Assembly (NCBI RefSeq): GCF_037042905.1
Contig: NC_087245.1
Span: forward strand, 33,544,001 to 33,608,000
Direction: 5' to 3'
Source: Lytechinus pictus
Lineage: Eukaryota
DNA: 64,000 nucleotides
The position numbers and the translations under genes were made by a program. Positions 1 through 12,437 of this stretch are shown here, one piece after another (the stretch's first letter is position 1; every line of letters starts with the position of its first letter). Below the pieces are notes generated by a model. The model was given only the letters and a program-made list of their open reading frames with translations. It was not told the DNA's origin and did not search any database.

Positions 1-1340
1 AGTGATCGTCACACCTAGGTACTTGTATTCACTTGCTCTTGGTATAAGATCATTGCAGAGAGAGTAATCACATAAGCCAGGCACACATTTTCAAGTTATT
101 GGTAGAACTGCACACTTCTTCAAATTAAAAATCATCAACCAGGTTGAAGACCAATTGGATAGTTGCTGGAGATCCTGTTGAAGAATGTGATGGTCCATAC
201 TTTTGGAAATATCTCTATAAATAACACAGTCATCAGCAAATAGCCTCATACTTTACCTTTTCTGATCTTGGATGTCATTTATTAATAACAGAAAGAGAGT
301 CGGGCCGATCACAGAGCCTTGCGGCACTCCAGAAGTGACACTTTTCCATTGTGACTTGGTTCCGTCAACTACCACAGCTTGTCGTCTGTTGTTAAGGAAT
401 GACATGATCCAGTTGAGCGTATCACCTGTGATGCCATAATACAGGAGCTTTGAGTGTAACCGTTGGTGAGGTACTCTGTCAAAAGCCTTCTGGAAATCCA
501 AAAAGATAGCATCAACTTGTTCTTACTTCTTGATGACAGAGGTCCAGTCATCAATTGCTGACGTTAGTTGGGTGACCATTCAGAGTCCTTATCGGAATCC
601 ATGCTGTGCATCTGTCAGGATATTATTAGATGCAAGGTGCTTTGAGACATGACTAAGGACAACATGCTCCATGATGTTACAGCATATACATGTGAGTGAA
701 ATAGGGCGATACTGTGAAGGTTCACTCTTGTCACCTGACTTGTGTACTTGGGCAACAAGTGCTTGTCTCCAGTGTGATGGGGTAACACCAGAGTTGCAGC
801 TCTGCTGGTACAAGAAAGAGAGGGCAGGAGATATTTCTTGGGATACAAGTTTCAGGAGTCTTGGTGGGATTTCATCTGGATCACATGTTTTGGAGGGATT
901 CAGCTGTCTCAACTGCTTTTCCACATCAGTCCTATGGAAATGTAGGTGCCCTATTGGTGGGTATTGAGAATTATCTTTAGATGGCAATGTTTGACTACTT
1001 TCTAGAGTGAACGTTGACTGAAGATGGTCATTAAGGGCCTCTGCCTTTTATTTGGTTGTAGCACACATCTTGGTAGTTGTGCGTAGATATGGTATTCAAA
1101 GGAATTCAGAGCGGCAGCTTTTGATGTATGACCAAAAGTTTTTGGGGTTTTCAACAAGACTGGTTCCAATGATGTTGTTCACGTAGTCAGAATGAGCCCT
1201 GTTAATAAGCTTAGCCACATGATTCCTGAATCTTCTGTAGATTTCCCAAGCAGCAGTACTAGGCTGTCGTCGTGCTCTTTTAAAAAGCCTGTCTCTTTTC
1301 AAATATCAGTGGTAATCCATGGTAGATTTTGCTTTCCTTG
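1..1340 (-). mobile_element. Degraded CR1-group non-LTR retrotransposon, ORF2 reverse transcriptase region
   Basis: Frameshifted minus-strand ORFs 1096-1302, 589-987 and 253-501 carry RT motifs YRPISLTCICC, QHGFR, DFQKAFDRVPH and SGVPQGSVIGPTLFLLLINDI; RLFADD follows near 225-245. Confidence 0.9.
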
Positions 1341-2428
1341 ATCTTTGACAAACATTTATTTGTTTGGTATTATTTATACAGGGTAACCCCATCAGTAGTC
1401 AAATACTGTTGTACTTGGGGGCCCTGTATAACTTAAAACAAAACAAAATACAAGCATATATACAATACAAATGGAAAATACAAATCCTGAACATAAACAG
1501 ATGGAAATTTCAGTCATAAATCTAATAACATAAAATTGTGTATGAAATTTAGAACAATAATTTACAGAGCTACAAGCTGAAAGCAATAGGGGAAAGAAAG
1601 ATAGAAAGTAAGGATGAGTTGAGGTAAAAAGAACACGGCAGAGAGCTAGAGCGGGAGAAGAAGTTACATCACCATTTACACTATAATGCAATATTATAAT
1701 AATATCTGTCAGTTCTTAGCTGCATGGATCCAGATTTAACATACCAGATCGACCGCGGCCAGGGACCAACCGAACTCTAGACCTACCTTCAAATCAAAAC
1801 CCAAAAGAATTCAAGAAAAAAAGTAAAAACCAAAACAAACACCTAATGAATCCCAAACCCGGGAGGTCACCGACCACAGCTATCCAGAAGCAGTCCTGGG
1901 TCAATGAAGTTTGTAGTGAAACAAGGTAAGAAAAAGGACAAAGATTGTCGTGTACAATAGTCCCAAAATACAATTCTTGCTTATATATTAAACTGGGTGT
2001 ATCTATATGCGTCCAATATGACGATGCAAAATAATATTTTGACGTGGAGTTTTTAACTTCATTAGGAAGTTCATTCCACAGGCACGCACCGTGATGGGAA
2101 AAAGCTCCTTTACCAGCTTTAATTGGTGCGTGCCTGTGGAACCATGATTCCACGGTTCAATGCATTTCTAGTATGATGGGAATGGACGGAACTAAATCTC
2201 GGGAACAAATCTGAGAGGTAACCTGGGGCTTCGCCCTGCATAGAATTAAATATAGTTTTGCACATTTGAAATCGCCATCGTTCTTCAAGTGGACCCAATT
2301 TAATCTTGCAAACACTACTGCAGTAGGTGTATTAAAGTCTACCTGCAAGACCAGTCGAGCCATTCGTTTGTGCTGTTTTATCAAAGTGTCCTTTAAGTTT
2401 TGGTTACAGTTGGTCCATGCGTTGCAAC

Positions 2429-3700
2429 CAGTGGCGTAGACAGGTTCGTACACCTGGGGGGGGGGGGGGATGACTGGGCTGCCAACGCTAGTGAGGGCGC
2501 GAAGCGCCCGAGCGAGGGAGCGAAGCGACCGAGCGGGGGGAGGGGGTTGTCCCCCCTCCCACGGTAGGGAGCTTTTGCAATTTTGAACTTGAAATCGTGC
2601 AATCTGATGCATACTTAATGAGGTATAATAACACACACAAGCGCGCACGCACACACACACATACTCACACACACACACACGGGTGCGCGCACCACACACA
2701 TACTACACCTTGAATGGAGGGGGGTAATTGGGGCTAACCCAGTCGTCAAAACCGGCATCAGCTTCATCATCATCTTTCGCCTCAGATGCTCCATCACCCT
2801 CAATGGCACTTTCTTCTGGTTGAACTTCAGGAAGAACATCTCCGACATCATCCGATTTTGATGTAGACGGCTGTTCGTCATCATGTTCTTCTTTCTCATT
2901 GTGCTTGAAAAAAGAAGTGATCTTTGATGTTTTCAACTTCTTATTATGAGCCATCCTAGAATCCTAAAATCAATTCACGCTGTGAATTATGTAAGTGACA
3001 CACTCACATATATTTCCCCCTTAAAAAGTTAAGGAAGACAAGGCCTCCTGCTGAGCGGACTCACCACGTGTTTTTGTTTTCTAGCTGACTGCCTTAGCGC
3101 GTCCCTTCTCTCCCCGCACGTAATGCGCACATAACACGGCGTACGCTCGTAATCCGCATCCCTGATTTTCAATAGCTTCTTTCACACGTTAAAAGCCAAT
3201 CTTGTGGTTATCTTGTGGTTTGCAATCTTAGAGGTATCTTGTGGTTATCTTGTGGTTTGCCCCATTTGAACACGCAAAACTCCAAAACTCGTTGTTATAT
3301 TTTGGTTTCCACACCACGAGATTGCGCGCACTGCAAAATATGCGCGATTAATCTTGTGGTTATCTTGTGGTTTCCAAACCACAAGATTACCACAAAATAC
3401 TTGTAAGATTTTCTTTGTTTTACCGTCTGAATTGGCTTTCACCGTGTGAATGCGGCTAATAACAATAAACACAATTACAATAATGATGAGGATTATTATT
3501 ATCATCATCATAATTATTATTATTATTAATATTATAATTGTTATCATTATTACTATTATTATCATCATTATGACTTATTAAGTAGCCAAATATCATTCCC
3601 CCAAACCTGGGGGGGATGATTGTACATGCCACCCCCCCCACCTTGTGAGGTGGGGGGGGGGGATGCATCCCCCTCATCCCCCCCGTTGTCTACGCCCCTG
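2429..3700 (-). mobile_element. Internally deleted hAT-like DNA transposon
   Basis: TIRs CAGTGGCGTAGAC / GTCTACGCCCCTG with a perfect 8-bp TSD GTTGCAAC (2421-2428, 3701-3708). Short ORF 2703-2954 (KITSFFK then an acidic tract) resembles a hAT transposase N-terminus. Confidence 0.85.
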
Positions 3701-5453
3701 GTTGCAACTGCATTCGAGATGCGGTAAAACTAATGAATTTGCCAATAGTTTAGCGCTCGAAACTGTCTCGTATTTCCGTTATCTAGCAAAAAGTGCAAGT
3801 CTAGACGCAACTGTTTTACTGGTTTCATTTACATGAGTTCGCCACGTGAGTTCATCAAAATGTACTCCGAGATATTTGAAATTCGACACTCGTTCAATTT
3901 TGTTAAATTGAGTACCAAATTAATTGTGCATTAACCAACGATTCACATTGTGTAGATCTTCATTCATGATTAAATATCCTGAGTATGTGTACCACTATAT
4001 ATGAGAGGTGCACCATCTGCGTACAACACGATTTCACACCTATTTACAACTTTGGTAATATCGTTTACTATGATTGAGAATAAGAGGGGCCCAAGATAGA
4101 CGCTTGGGGAACCCCACTACGAAATTTTACAGTTTCAGATGATACCCCTTTTACACATGCTCGTTGAGTTATGCCTTTCAGGTATGAACTGAACCACTCA
4201 AATTCCTTTCCTTTCATACCATATACAGAGAGTTTTTCCAGTAATAGATCGTGGTCGACGGAATCAAAAGCTTTCCTGAGATCCAGGAAAACTACACCAG
4301 TCAGTCGACCACGATCAATCTCTTTGTACAGGCGATCCGTAACTAGGTAAGTACAGTATGGGTAGAATGATGCTTTCCGAAAGCCAGACTGCTCCTTTAC
4401 TAATATGTTATTTTCAGTACAGAAATCGTGGAGCTGTGTATGAATTACCCTTGCGAAAACTTTCATGACTATAGGTAAGACTGATATGGGCCTAAAATTG
4501 TTAGGGTCGTGACTGTCTCCACCTTTTTGTAAGGCAGTAACTTTGGCTTCTTTCCATTCATTGGGTATGCAACCGGATTCAACTGAGCTGTTATATAATC
4601 TTGTCAAATGAACGTAAATGACTGGTGCAGCCGATTTCAGGAGTTTGACATTCAACCCATCGCTTCCGGTCGCCTCTTTCGTATCAAGCTTTTTTAGAAT
4701 GCTTAGCACAACATCAGGTTCTATCATGTCAAATCGTAAGACCTTGTTAACCTGGGAAACACTGGTCAAACAACTCATGGTATTATTATTTTCATTAGCA
4801 TGATCAAATAAAGCATTTGCACCAAAAGAACTAAATATTTTATTCAACTCATTTGCTATTTGCTTAGGTTCACACAATTCGTTCCCGTTAATATTCAGAA
4901 TATTTGTAGTTTATCTAGGTCTACCTCCTGTTAGCCCCTTTAAGATCTGCCAAAGTTGAGCGGAGTTATTCTTATTTTCCAAAATACTCCTCTGATAGAA
5001 GTCTTTTTTCAACGTTTTCTTAAAGTTATTTACATGATTCCTACAAGTACGATAATGCATCCAATCTATGGATAACCCAGAATGCTGTGCAAGACGTTTT
5101 AACTTATCTCGTTGGTAAGATAGAGTTATATATTCATCATTAACCCATGGTGTTTTCACACCCCTAACATTCATAGTAACAACTGGGGCATTAGAATTAC
5201 AAATTTGCATGAAATCATGTTATCAGCGATTCCAGTCATTATTTAGATCGTGGTCACTAAGACTCTGTCAAGACAGTACTCATGCAAACGTTATTAGGCG
5301 TATTGGTCAGAATAATATAAATGAGACTCGTACTGTTTTCGGTTATTCTAGTTGCAGATTCGATTACTTGTTTTAAATCATTATTGTTACATAGATGGTC
5401 AATAAAACGAGAACTAAAACTACAAAACACATCATCATTGAAGTCTCCCAATA

Positions 5454-6845
5454 CAGTGCGTCCCAGAAAAACGAAACCGAGATTAAGCGATGATTTATCA
5501 TAACTTAAAGGAGAATGAAACCCTTGAAACCAACTGAATCCATATCAAAGAGAAAAATCAAAGAAACATATTGTTGAAAGTTTGAGGAAGATTGAATGAA
5601 TAATAAGAAAGTTATGAGCATTTAAATATTGAGATCACTAGTGCCATGTAGATCCTCCCATCGGCAATGCGACCAAGATCTGTGATATCACACACGTACA
5701 ACTCCCTCATTACTCTAGTACTTATTTCACTTATATTCTCACTTTTATAGAGTCTATCACAAGGTGAGGTGTTCTCTTTATGAGATGACAAGTACAGAGG
5801 TTTCACAACATTATACCATTGATGAATCGTTTGTCATATGATTAGAATAAGCAAAAAGAGATGTTTTGGGGTATATTTTCAGTGTGCAAATGGGAGAGTT
5901 GTACGTGTGTGACATCACAGATCTTGGTCGCATTGCCAATATGAGGATCTCCATAGCATTAGTGATCTCGACATTCAAATGCTCATAACTCTTTTATTGC
6001 TAGTCCTATTTTACTCAAAGTTTTGTTGATCTTATTCTTTGATTTTTCTGCTTTCACAAAAGCTAACTTGCTCCAAGAGTTTCATTCTCCTTTAACCATA
6101 AATACAATAGACAAATGACCTACCAAAGTAAAGCTTAGAATCTCCTCTTTCATATGATAAGATTATTCCTCATTCACGCATGAGTGAGCAAAAACAATTT
6201 GAAGTAAGGATACCAAAAACTCATTTGGCGGGGGGTATCTGAATTTCAAAAAGAAAATCACATGCCTAATAAGTTCAATATCTGCTCTTTTATTTGATAC
6301 CTTAATCACAAAAAATGGTCAAGAAGTAAAAAAGTTATGTTCCCTCGAAACAATGCTTGTATTTCCATAATTTCATCAAATAAACGTGTTTTCACCGGTT
6401 CCCCACAGAAGCTATCGCACGGTTAACAAAAGACGTAATGTATGGCTGATCGTCAACAAAACGGAGTGTCGAATGAGTTTGGACGCTAGCCTGTAAAACC
6501 TCTTCATTTTATTGAAATTCAAGCCTTATTTCAAATAATCAGAACTTTGTTATTTCTTGACCATTTTCTTTAATTGAGGTATCATATTAAAGAGCAGATA
6601 TTGAACTTTTCAAAAATGTGGTTTTCTTTTTGAAACCCAGATACAGCCCGCCAAATGACTTTTTGGTATACCCTCTTCAAATTGTTTTTGCTCACTCATG
6701 CGTGAATGAAAAATAATCTAAGTAATTTCAGATGAAAGAGGAGATTCTAAGCTTTACAATGGTAGGTCATTTGTCTATTGTATTTGTGATTAAGTTATGA
6801 TAAATCATCGATAAATCTCGGTTTCGTTTATTGTGGGACGCACTG
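5454..6845. mobile_element. Tc1/mariner-type palindromic MITE
   Basis: Termini CAGTGCGTCCCA / TGGGACGCACTG, TA on both sides, long inverted arms; it splits the LINE endonuclease region. Confidence 0.9.
5509..6091. mobile_element. Kolobok-like palindromic MITE nested in the left arm of the Tc1 MITE
   Basis: TTAA at 5505-5508 and 6092-6095; termini AGGAGAATGAAAC / GTTTCATTCTCCT; the host arm resumes after 6095. Confidence 0.85.
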
Positions 6846-7109
6846 TATATAGACTTCTTTTCCTTGAGAAGTTGCCCTAACTATAGATTCTTCGATGTTT
6901 CTTTGATACGAAATATCAGAGTTTGGAGGTCGGTAATATGTGCCAATTAATATATCGGGGGACTGTTTAACTTGAGTTCAATCCATATTGATTCGAGTCC
7001 GTCATGTTCAAGATCAAATCTACGCGTGTAATATAAAGAGTCTAAAACATTAACTACAACACCGCCACCATGACGGTTACGATCGCGCCTCTCCAGAACA
7101 CATCAGAAA

Positions 7110-7655
7110 ATATCTATTCAGGAAGAGTTATCGATCATCCTCCAGTTTGTTTCCTCATCTCTCTTTTCAGGATCAGAAGATAAGAAGCTTGTTGAAAAGT
7201 CAACAGTAGCTTGTTTGAGCTGTTGCATGCCAGCTTTGTCGAAGAGATGAATCCTTCTTGGAGTTTTCGGTTGATACTTTGGGGTGGACGAAATGTTGAA
7301 TGTCAAGATGTAATGATCAGAGATTCTAGGATGCAATTCAACATTCTCCACCAAAGGAGGTCAAACAATATTGTCAGATGAAAGACGTGTAACATCTTTG
7401 ACCATCTGGAATAAGTAGTTGCTGAGAAATACATCTAATAACTTTTGGTGCATGCCGTGGTAGCAAGATTAGTCGTAGACTGAGTTTCCCAGTTGATGTC
7501 TGGATGATTGAAGTCTCCAGCTAAGACGGCATTCGGTTGCCAACGGCGACTTCTCATCGATTTCGACAAGGACTCTTCGAGGCCTGAGACACTCAGCTGC
7601 CTGTTGTTTGGTGGGCAGTAGTAACAGCCACAGAAGAAGGAACTTGAACCTGACA
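7110..7655 (-). mobile_element. LINE APE-endonuclease fragment, probably the 5' part of the LINE at 1-1340
   Basis: ORFs 7435-7674 (CYYCPP, LAGDFNHPDINW) and 7118-7354 (ISDHY). Confidence 0.75.
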
Positions 7656-7656
7656 T

Positions 7657-8590
7657 GTTAAAGTTTACATGCAAGACTCTCTAACTCCGCAAACGTAAGT
7701 CACTTTTCAACCAAACTCGGATGGTAGATGTACTTAGGGGACCTGCATGTTATGCTACAGTCGGAGGTCACATGGTAAGGTCAAAGGTCATTTTCAGGTC
7801 AACGTTAAAGTTTACATGCAAGACTCTCTTATGACACCTAACTCCACAATCGAAAGTCACTTTTCAACCAAACTTGGATGGTAGATGGACTTGGGGGACC
7901 TGCATGTTATGCTGCAGTCGGAGGTCACATGGTTAGGTCAAAGGTCATTTTCCGGTCAACGTTAAAGTTTACATGTAAGACTCTCTTATGACACCTAACT
8001 CCGCAACCGTAAGTCGCTTTTCAACCAAACTTAGATGGTCGATGGACTTGGGAGACCTGCATGTTATGCTGCAGTTGGAGGTCACATTGTAAGGTCAAAG
8101 GTCATTTTCAGGTCAACGTTAAAGTTTACATGCAAGACTCTCTTATGACACCTAACTCCACAATCGAAAGTCACTTTTCAACCAAACTTGGATGGTAGAT
8201 GGACTTGGGGGACCTGCATGTTATGCTGCAGTCGGAGGTCACATGGTTAGGTCAAAGGTCATTTTCCGGTCAACGTTAAAGTTTACATGCAAGACTCTCT
8301 TATGACACCTAACTCCACAACCATAAGTCGCTTTTCAACCAAACTTGGATGGTAAATGAACTTGGGGGACCTGCATGTTATGCTGCAGTTGGAGGTCTCA
8401 TGGTAAGGTCAAAGGTCATTTTCAGGTCAACGTTAAAGTTTACGTGCAAGGCTCTTATGACAAGTGTTATTCCATCCCAGTCATTTCACAATGAAGTTTC
8501 GATACAGTTCTGTTGCGTGCCCTCGCAAATCACGATATTTCTGGTTATTTTCATAAGTGGGCGAGACACAAAATCGCTTTTGCCTTGTTC
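7657..8590 (+). repeat. 157-bp tandem array with a Helentron/HINE-like 3' end
   Basis: GTTAAAGTTTAC unit starts at 7657, 7804, 7961, 8118, 8275 and 8432. The unique tail ending GGGCGAGACACAAAATCGCTT...TTGTT recurs at about 42090-42390. Confidence 0.85.
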
Positions 8591-9216
8591 ATTCTACAAT
8601 TTCATCCAATTTGTGTTAGCATGCACAAATACCAGCCATCCTACCTCCGCACCGGCCGGCAGGCGCGGTCAGCCATGGCGCTTACATACTCAAGCGATGG
8701 CACTGCCGCTGGATTGTGAGGCGCATTAATGTGGTGCAGCGAAATTTAGATGAAGAATGTTCAACCTCACGTATATTTGTTATCATATTGATATGCAAAA
8801 GTCATAAAATTGCTATCACCACCACGTAATATTTTAGGAAAAATACAGGAATAAATACTAAATATTTTTAAGCATGATATTTGCTGTAAAAATCTTTCAA
8901 GTAAAAATGTTGAAAATGAGGAAATGAAAAAAAAAATCAACTCTACAATCTACTAAAAAAGTGCGCTGAGTGAGGGGCGGAGCTTAATAGTGGTCACAAA
9001 ATAAGCTTGACTAAATCGGGTTAAATTAGCTGATTGGTTTATTTAATGGCAGAACTCAATCCTATTTACTGAAGAATTAAAAACACATTAAAAAACACAA
9101 GACAATAATCTAGTAATATTTTTAATTTAAAATGTGGTTCATTTTTGTCAATTGTTTTCATATTTTTGAATTTCTGTTATTGAAATTTAGTCTTTTCATA
9201 AACTGTTAGTTTACCT
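8590..9216 (+). mobile_element. Right-half fragment of the CAACG-TIR (P-like) family, ending at the GTTTACCT site
   Basis: Collinear with about 20790-21390 and 18770-19375; stops at GTTTACCT (9209-9216) where another TIR begins. Confidence 0.85.
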
Positions 9217-9741
9217 CAACGAACGTAGAGGGCAACAACACACATCAGCGTTGCTATTAGGAAGGTCCACTCGATGCGCGCATACAAGGCCCGTCAAAAC
9301 ATACATGGCTCGATACTGGACCATAATTTAATTTGGTCTGTTAATTAGGTCTATCTTTAGACTAGGGCTTACCTGGGCTTGAGCTTGGCTGGTGGCCGTA
9401 TTCGATCTCTGCCTGATGGGTTGCAAAAAAGTTGGGTCGGATTTGTGGATATCACATAATTATTTTATATTTTCAGACTCCGATCTACACTGTAATGGAA
9501 AATAAGGATTCTAACCTTGAAAATTTATCGTTGCAACTGGCAGTTAGTGCCACATCAAGTATTGTCATAATCTGTTAGTTTACCTCTATTTTGATATTAA
9601 TCTCTGAGAGTGTATTGCGTCGGTTCATGGTTTCGTTGGCATGACTACCAAATTGTTCGCGCACTTCAATTGTATGCGCGTATCGAGTGGACCTTCCTAG
9701 ATAGCAATACTGCAAAGTGTTGCTGCCCTCTACGTTCATTG
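9217..9741. mobile_element. Rearranged CAACG-TIR piece: inverted right TIR, inverted middle segment, forward right end
   Basis: TIR at 9217-9272; 9289-9558 is the reverse complement of the family's middle region; 9559-9741 is a right end finishing CTACGTTCATTG. Confidence 0.75.
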
Positions 9742-12155
9742 ATAGAGATAAACTAAAAGATTATGACAACAATAGATTCAAATAATAGTAAAATAAAAAT
9801 TAACAATGGAATGATAATGTATCTTATTTTATATTCTTTGTTAATCTTCAATAAAGAGGGTGAATTCTTGTCATTTAATAAACCACTCTGCTAATTTCAC
9901 CCCGATTTTGCCAAGCTCATTTTGTGACCACATTTAAGCTCCGCCCCTCATTCAGAGAACCATTATAAAGTAGATAGTAGAGTTGATTTTTTTTCATATC
10001 CTCATTTTCAACATTTTTGTTAGAAAAGTTTTTACATCAAATATCATGCTTAAAAATATGAACAATTTATATCTGTATTTTTCCTAAAATATTACTTGGT
10101 GGTGATTATGATTTTATGACTTTGCATATCAATTATGATAACAAAGATATGTGAGGTTGATACATTCTTCATCTAAATTTTGCTGCACCACAGGAATGCG
10201 CCTACTCAATCCAGCGCCATGGTGGTTTGACCATGCCCAGCCGGCGTCCCGGTAGGTTTGGCCGGTTTACCGGTTGGTGGTATCTGTAATTCTGCATGCA
10301 TGCTTACATAAATTAGTGTAAAATTATAGAATGAAAATAGTATCTGTGACATATAACCTTTGCCCCTTGATAGTTCATAAGTCGAGACCCGTCAGAATAT
10401 ACATGGCTCGATACTAAACTATTTCGGTCTTATGTTCGGTCTAACGATGGACTAACGTTTTAGATCTAGGTCTATGGCTTAATTGGGTTTGCTCGTGTAG
10501 TGGCCGTATTCGATCTCTGACTGGTGGATTGCAAAAAGCTGGGTCGGATTTGTGGATATTACATATCTATTTAGTATTACATATCGTATTCATATTTTTA
10601 GACTCCAATCTACACTAAAAGTGAAAATTCAGATTCTTACCTTGAATATTTATCGTTGCTCAACTGCCTTAGTGAGCACTTTTAGAAATGTACGTCCACA
10701 TAGTGGACTGGTACGAAATGACGTCATTTTTTGGCCTGCCATATGCCTCAGGTCTTCACACACGTCCACTATCAAAATCGAGAACCTCGCCACATCCATT
10801 TTGCGGTTCTCCTAAATCATAGACGACGTGCACGTGAGTGACGTCATTTTAACCGTTCAAGCCCAGCATGAAGATCAACCTTTCCCTTTTAAAAGACAGT
10901 TTTCAGTGACTTTTCACAAAATTAATGTAAGTTGTACGATGCATTATGTTTATCATATTTGAAATTGCTTTCTGATCTCGAAAATATACATCGATATATA
11001 TCCCAACTCGCGTAAAAAGGAATCAAAGCAAGTGAAAGGGCACATGTGCACAAGTTGCACCTTCGCATCACCCGACCGGGTCGCCGGGCGATGGTGCGCC
11101 AGACCTTCCGGGTCGGGCAGCGTGTCATGACCCGCTGGTTATCGCGCTGTTTCGAGTGGACGTACGTACACGTACAAGTCGAGTGAAATCTAAAGTATTC
11201 GCATCTGTAGTGAACGAGGGCAGACGACGACGTTGACTCGAACGATCAGAGGACTGCTACGTCGTTCACGTTCACTGCTCCTAAAAGCCCTTAGTGCCAC
11301 AACAGTGACAGACCAAGTCCATATCCTTCGAGTCCATATCTAGCTAGGTCGAGTCTGTCGAGTATGCGGCCAGCACTGTTGTTTGCGCAGTACGCGCATG
11401 TACCCATATAAAAATAATAATAATAACAATACATGAGATTTGTATAGCGCACTTTCCATCTCGATTAGATGCTCAAGGCGCTTTAGAGCAGAACAACAAA
11501 AACTATTTACATAATACATGTCTGAACAAGAAGTCAATGTCTATCAAAAACCGTCTTATACAGGTATGTTTTCAGGTTGCCCTTGAAGGTGGTCACTGAA
11601 GTCTGGGTTTTCAAACTCTGTGGGAGAGAATTCCATAGGCTATGCCTTGCATGAGCAAAGCCCGTTCCCCGCATGATTTTGTGAGAGATTAGATGATGAG
11701 GATCGTAAATTTCTTGAGGGTTGGTAATTATGCATCATTATGTGATCGGGGAAGTTTCGGCGCTGTCAGGACAGAAGATCAAGGTCTTGGCTTTGGTGTT
11801 GGCTGGTAGTTTTGGTAGGGGCAGTGAAATTAAGCAGAAGAACGGTAAATACATGTCATCAGACTATGTATTTTAATTGATGTGCAAACTACGAAGAATC
11901 ATGACTACATTTTGTCTTGTTTTTTTTTGCAAAATGCATTAAAATTCTAAAAATAATATTTTACATTCTTTGTTGGTGTTTTTATTATCCATGAAAAATA
12001 ATAAAATTTAACAAACGAAAAAAAAATCAACTCTGCAATCTACCCTAATGGTTCACTGAGTGAGGGACGGAGCTTAGAGTGGTCACACAATCTGAGCGGA
12101 GTGGACCTTCCTCAAAGCAATACTGCAAAGTGTTGCCTGTCCTCTACGTTCGTTG
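9742..12155 (-). mobile_element. Inverted CAACG-TIR copy (D), lacking its right end, with two secondary insertions
   Basis: Reverse complement of the family body; left TIR at about 12099-12155; interrupted at about 10670-11293 and 11410-11745. Confidence 0.85.
11410..11745 (-). mobile_element. 3' tail fragment of an L2-like LINE/SINE
   Basis: (TTA)n tail and AAAGCGCCTTGAGCATC...AGTGCGCTATACAAAT motif on the minus strand, preceded by LWNSLP...FKGNLKTYLY-like remnants. Confidence 0.7.
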
Positions 12156-12437
12156 GTAATACGCGTCAACGAACGTAGAGGGCAGCAACACTTTGCAGTA
12201 TTGCTTTTAAGGCCCGGTCACATATAGGCGACGCACGTGAGGCGCATGGCCCACGTGTTGAATTTTGGCAGTTTTTGTCAATGCGTTGTTACTCGCTAGA
12301 TCTGCGCAATTGTTCGTTAAGCGTTCGACGAGCGCGTTTTACCAACGTTATGTATTCGACGCTCTCCGCTTGTGCGTCGTGATATTTTGAGCATGCTCAA
12401 AAATATGCGCAGAGCTCGACGCATGACTCTATTCGCC

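Larger units (their letters stand above)
1345..7100 (-). mobile_element. Second degraded CR1/Crack-like LINE (APE endonuclease + RT + 3' UTR), interrupted by DNA transposons
   Basis: ORF 4068-4877 has NFRPISVLP, QSGFR, FLDLRKAFDSVDH and GVPQASILGP. Endonuclease motifs are GDFNDD (5257-5451) and RRDRNRHGGGV/YYRPP (about 6930-7095). C-terminal remnants lie at about 2050-2420 and an A-rich tail on the minus strand near 1345-1380. Boundaries are approximate. Confidence 0.85.

Noticed and set aside
3245..3677. Poly-Ile and poly-Asn ORFs
   Set aside because: Translations of an (ATT/ATC)n microsatellite inside the hAT element.
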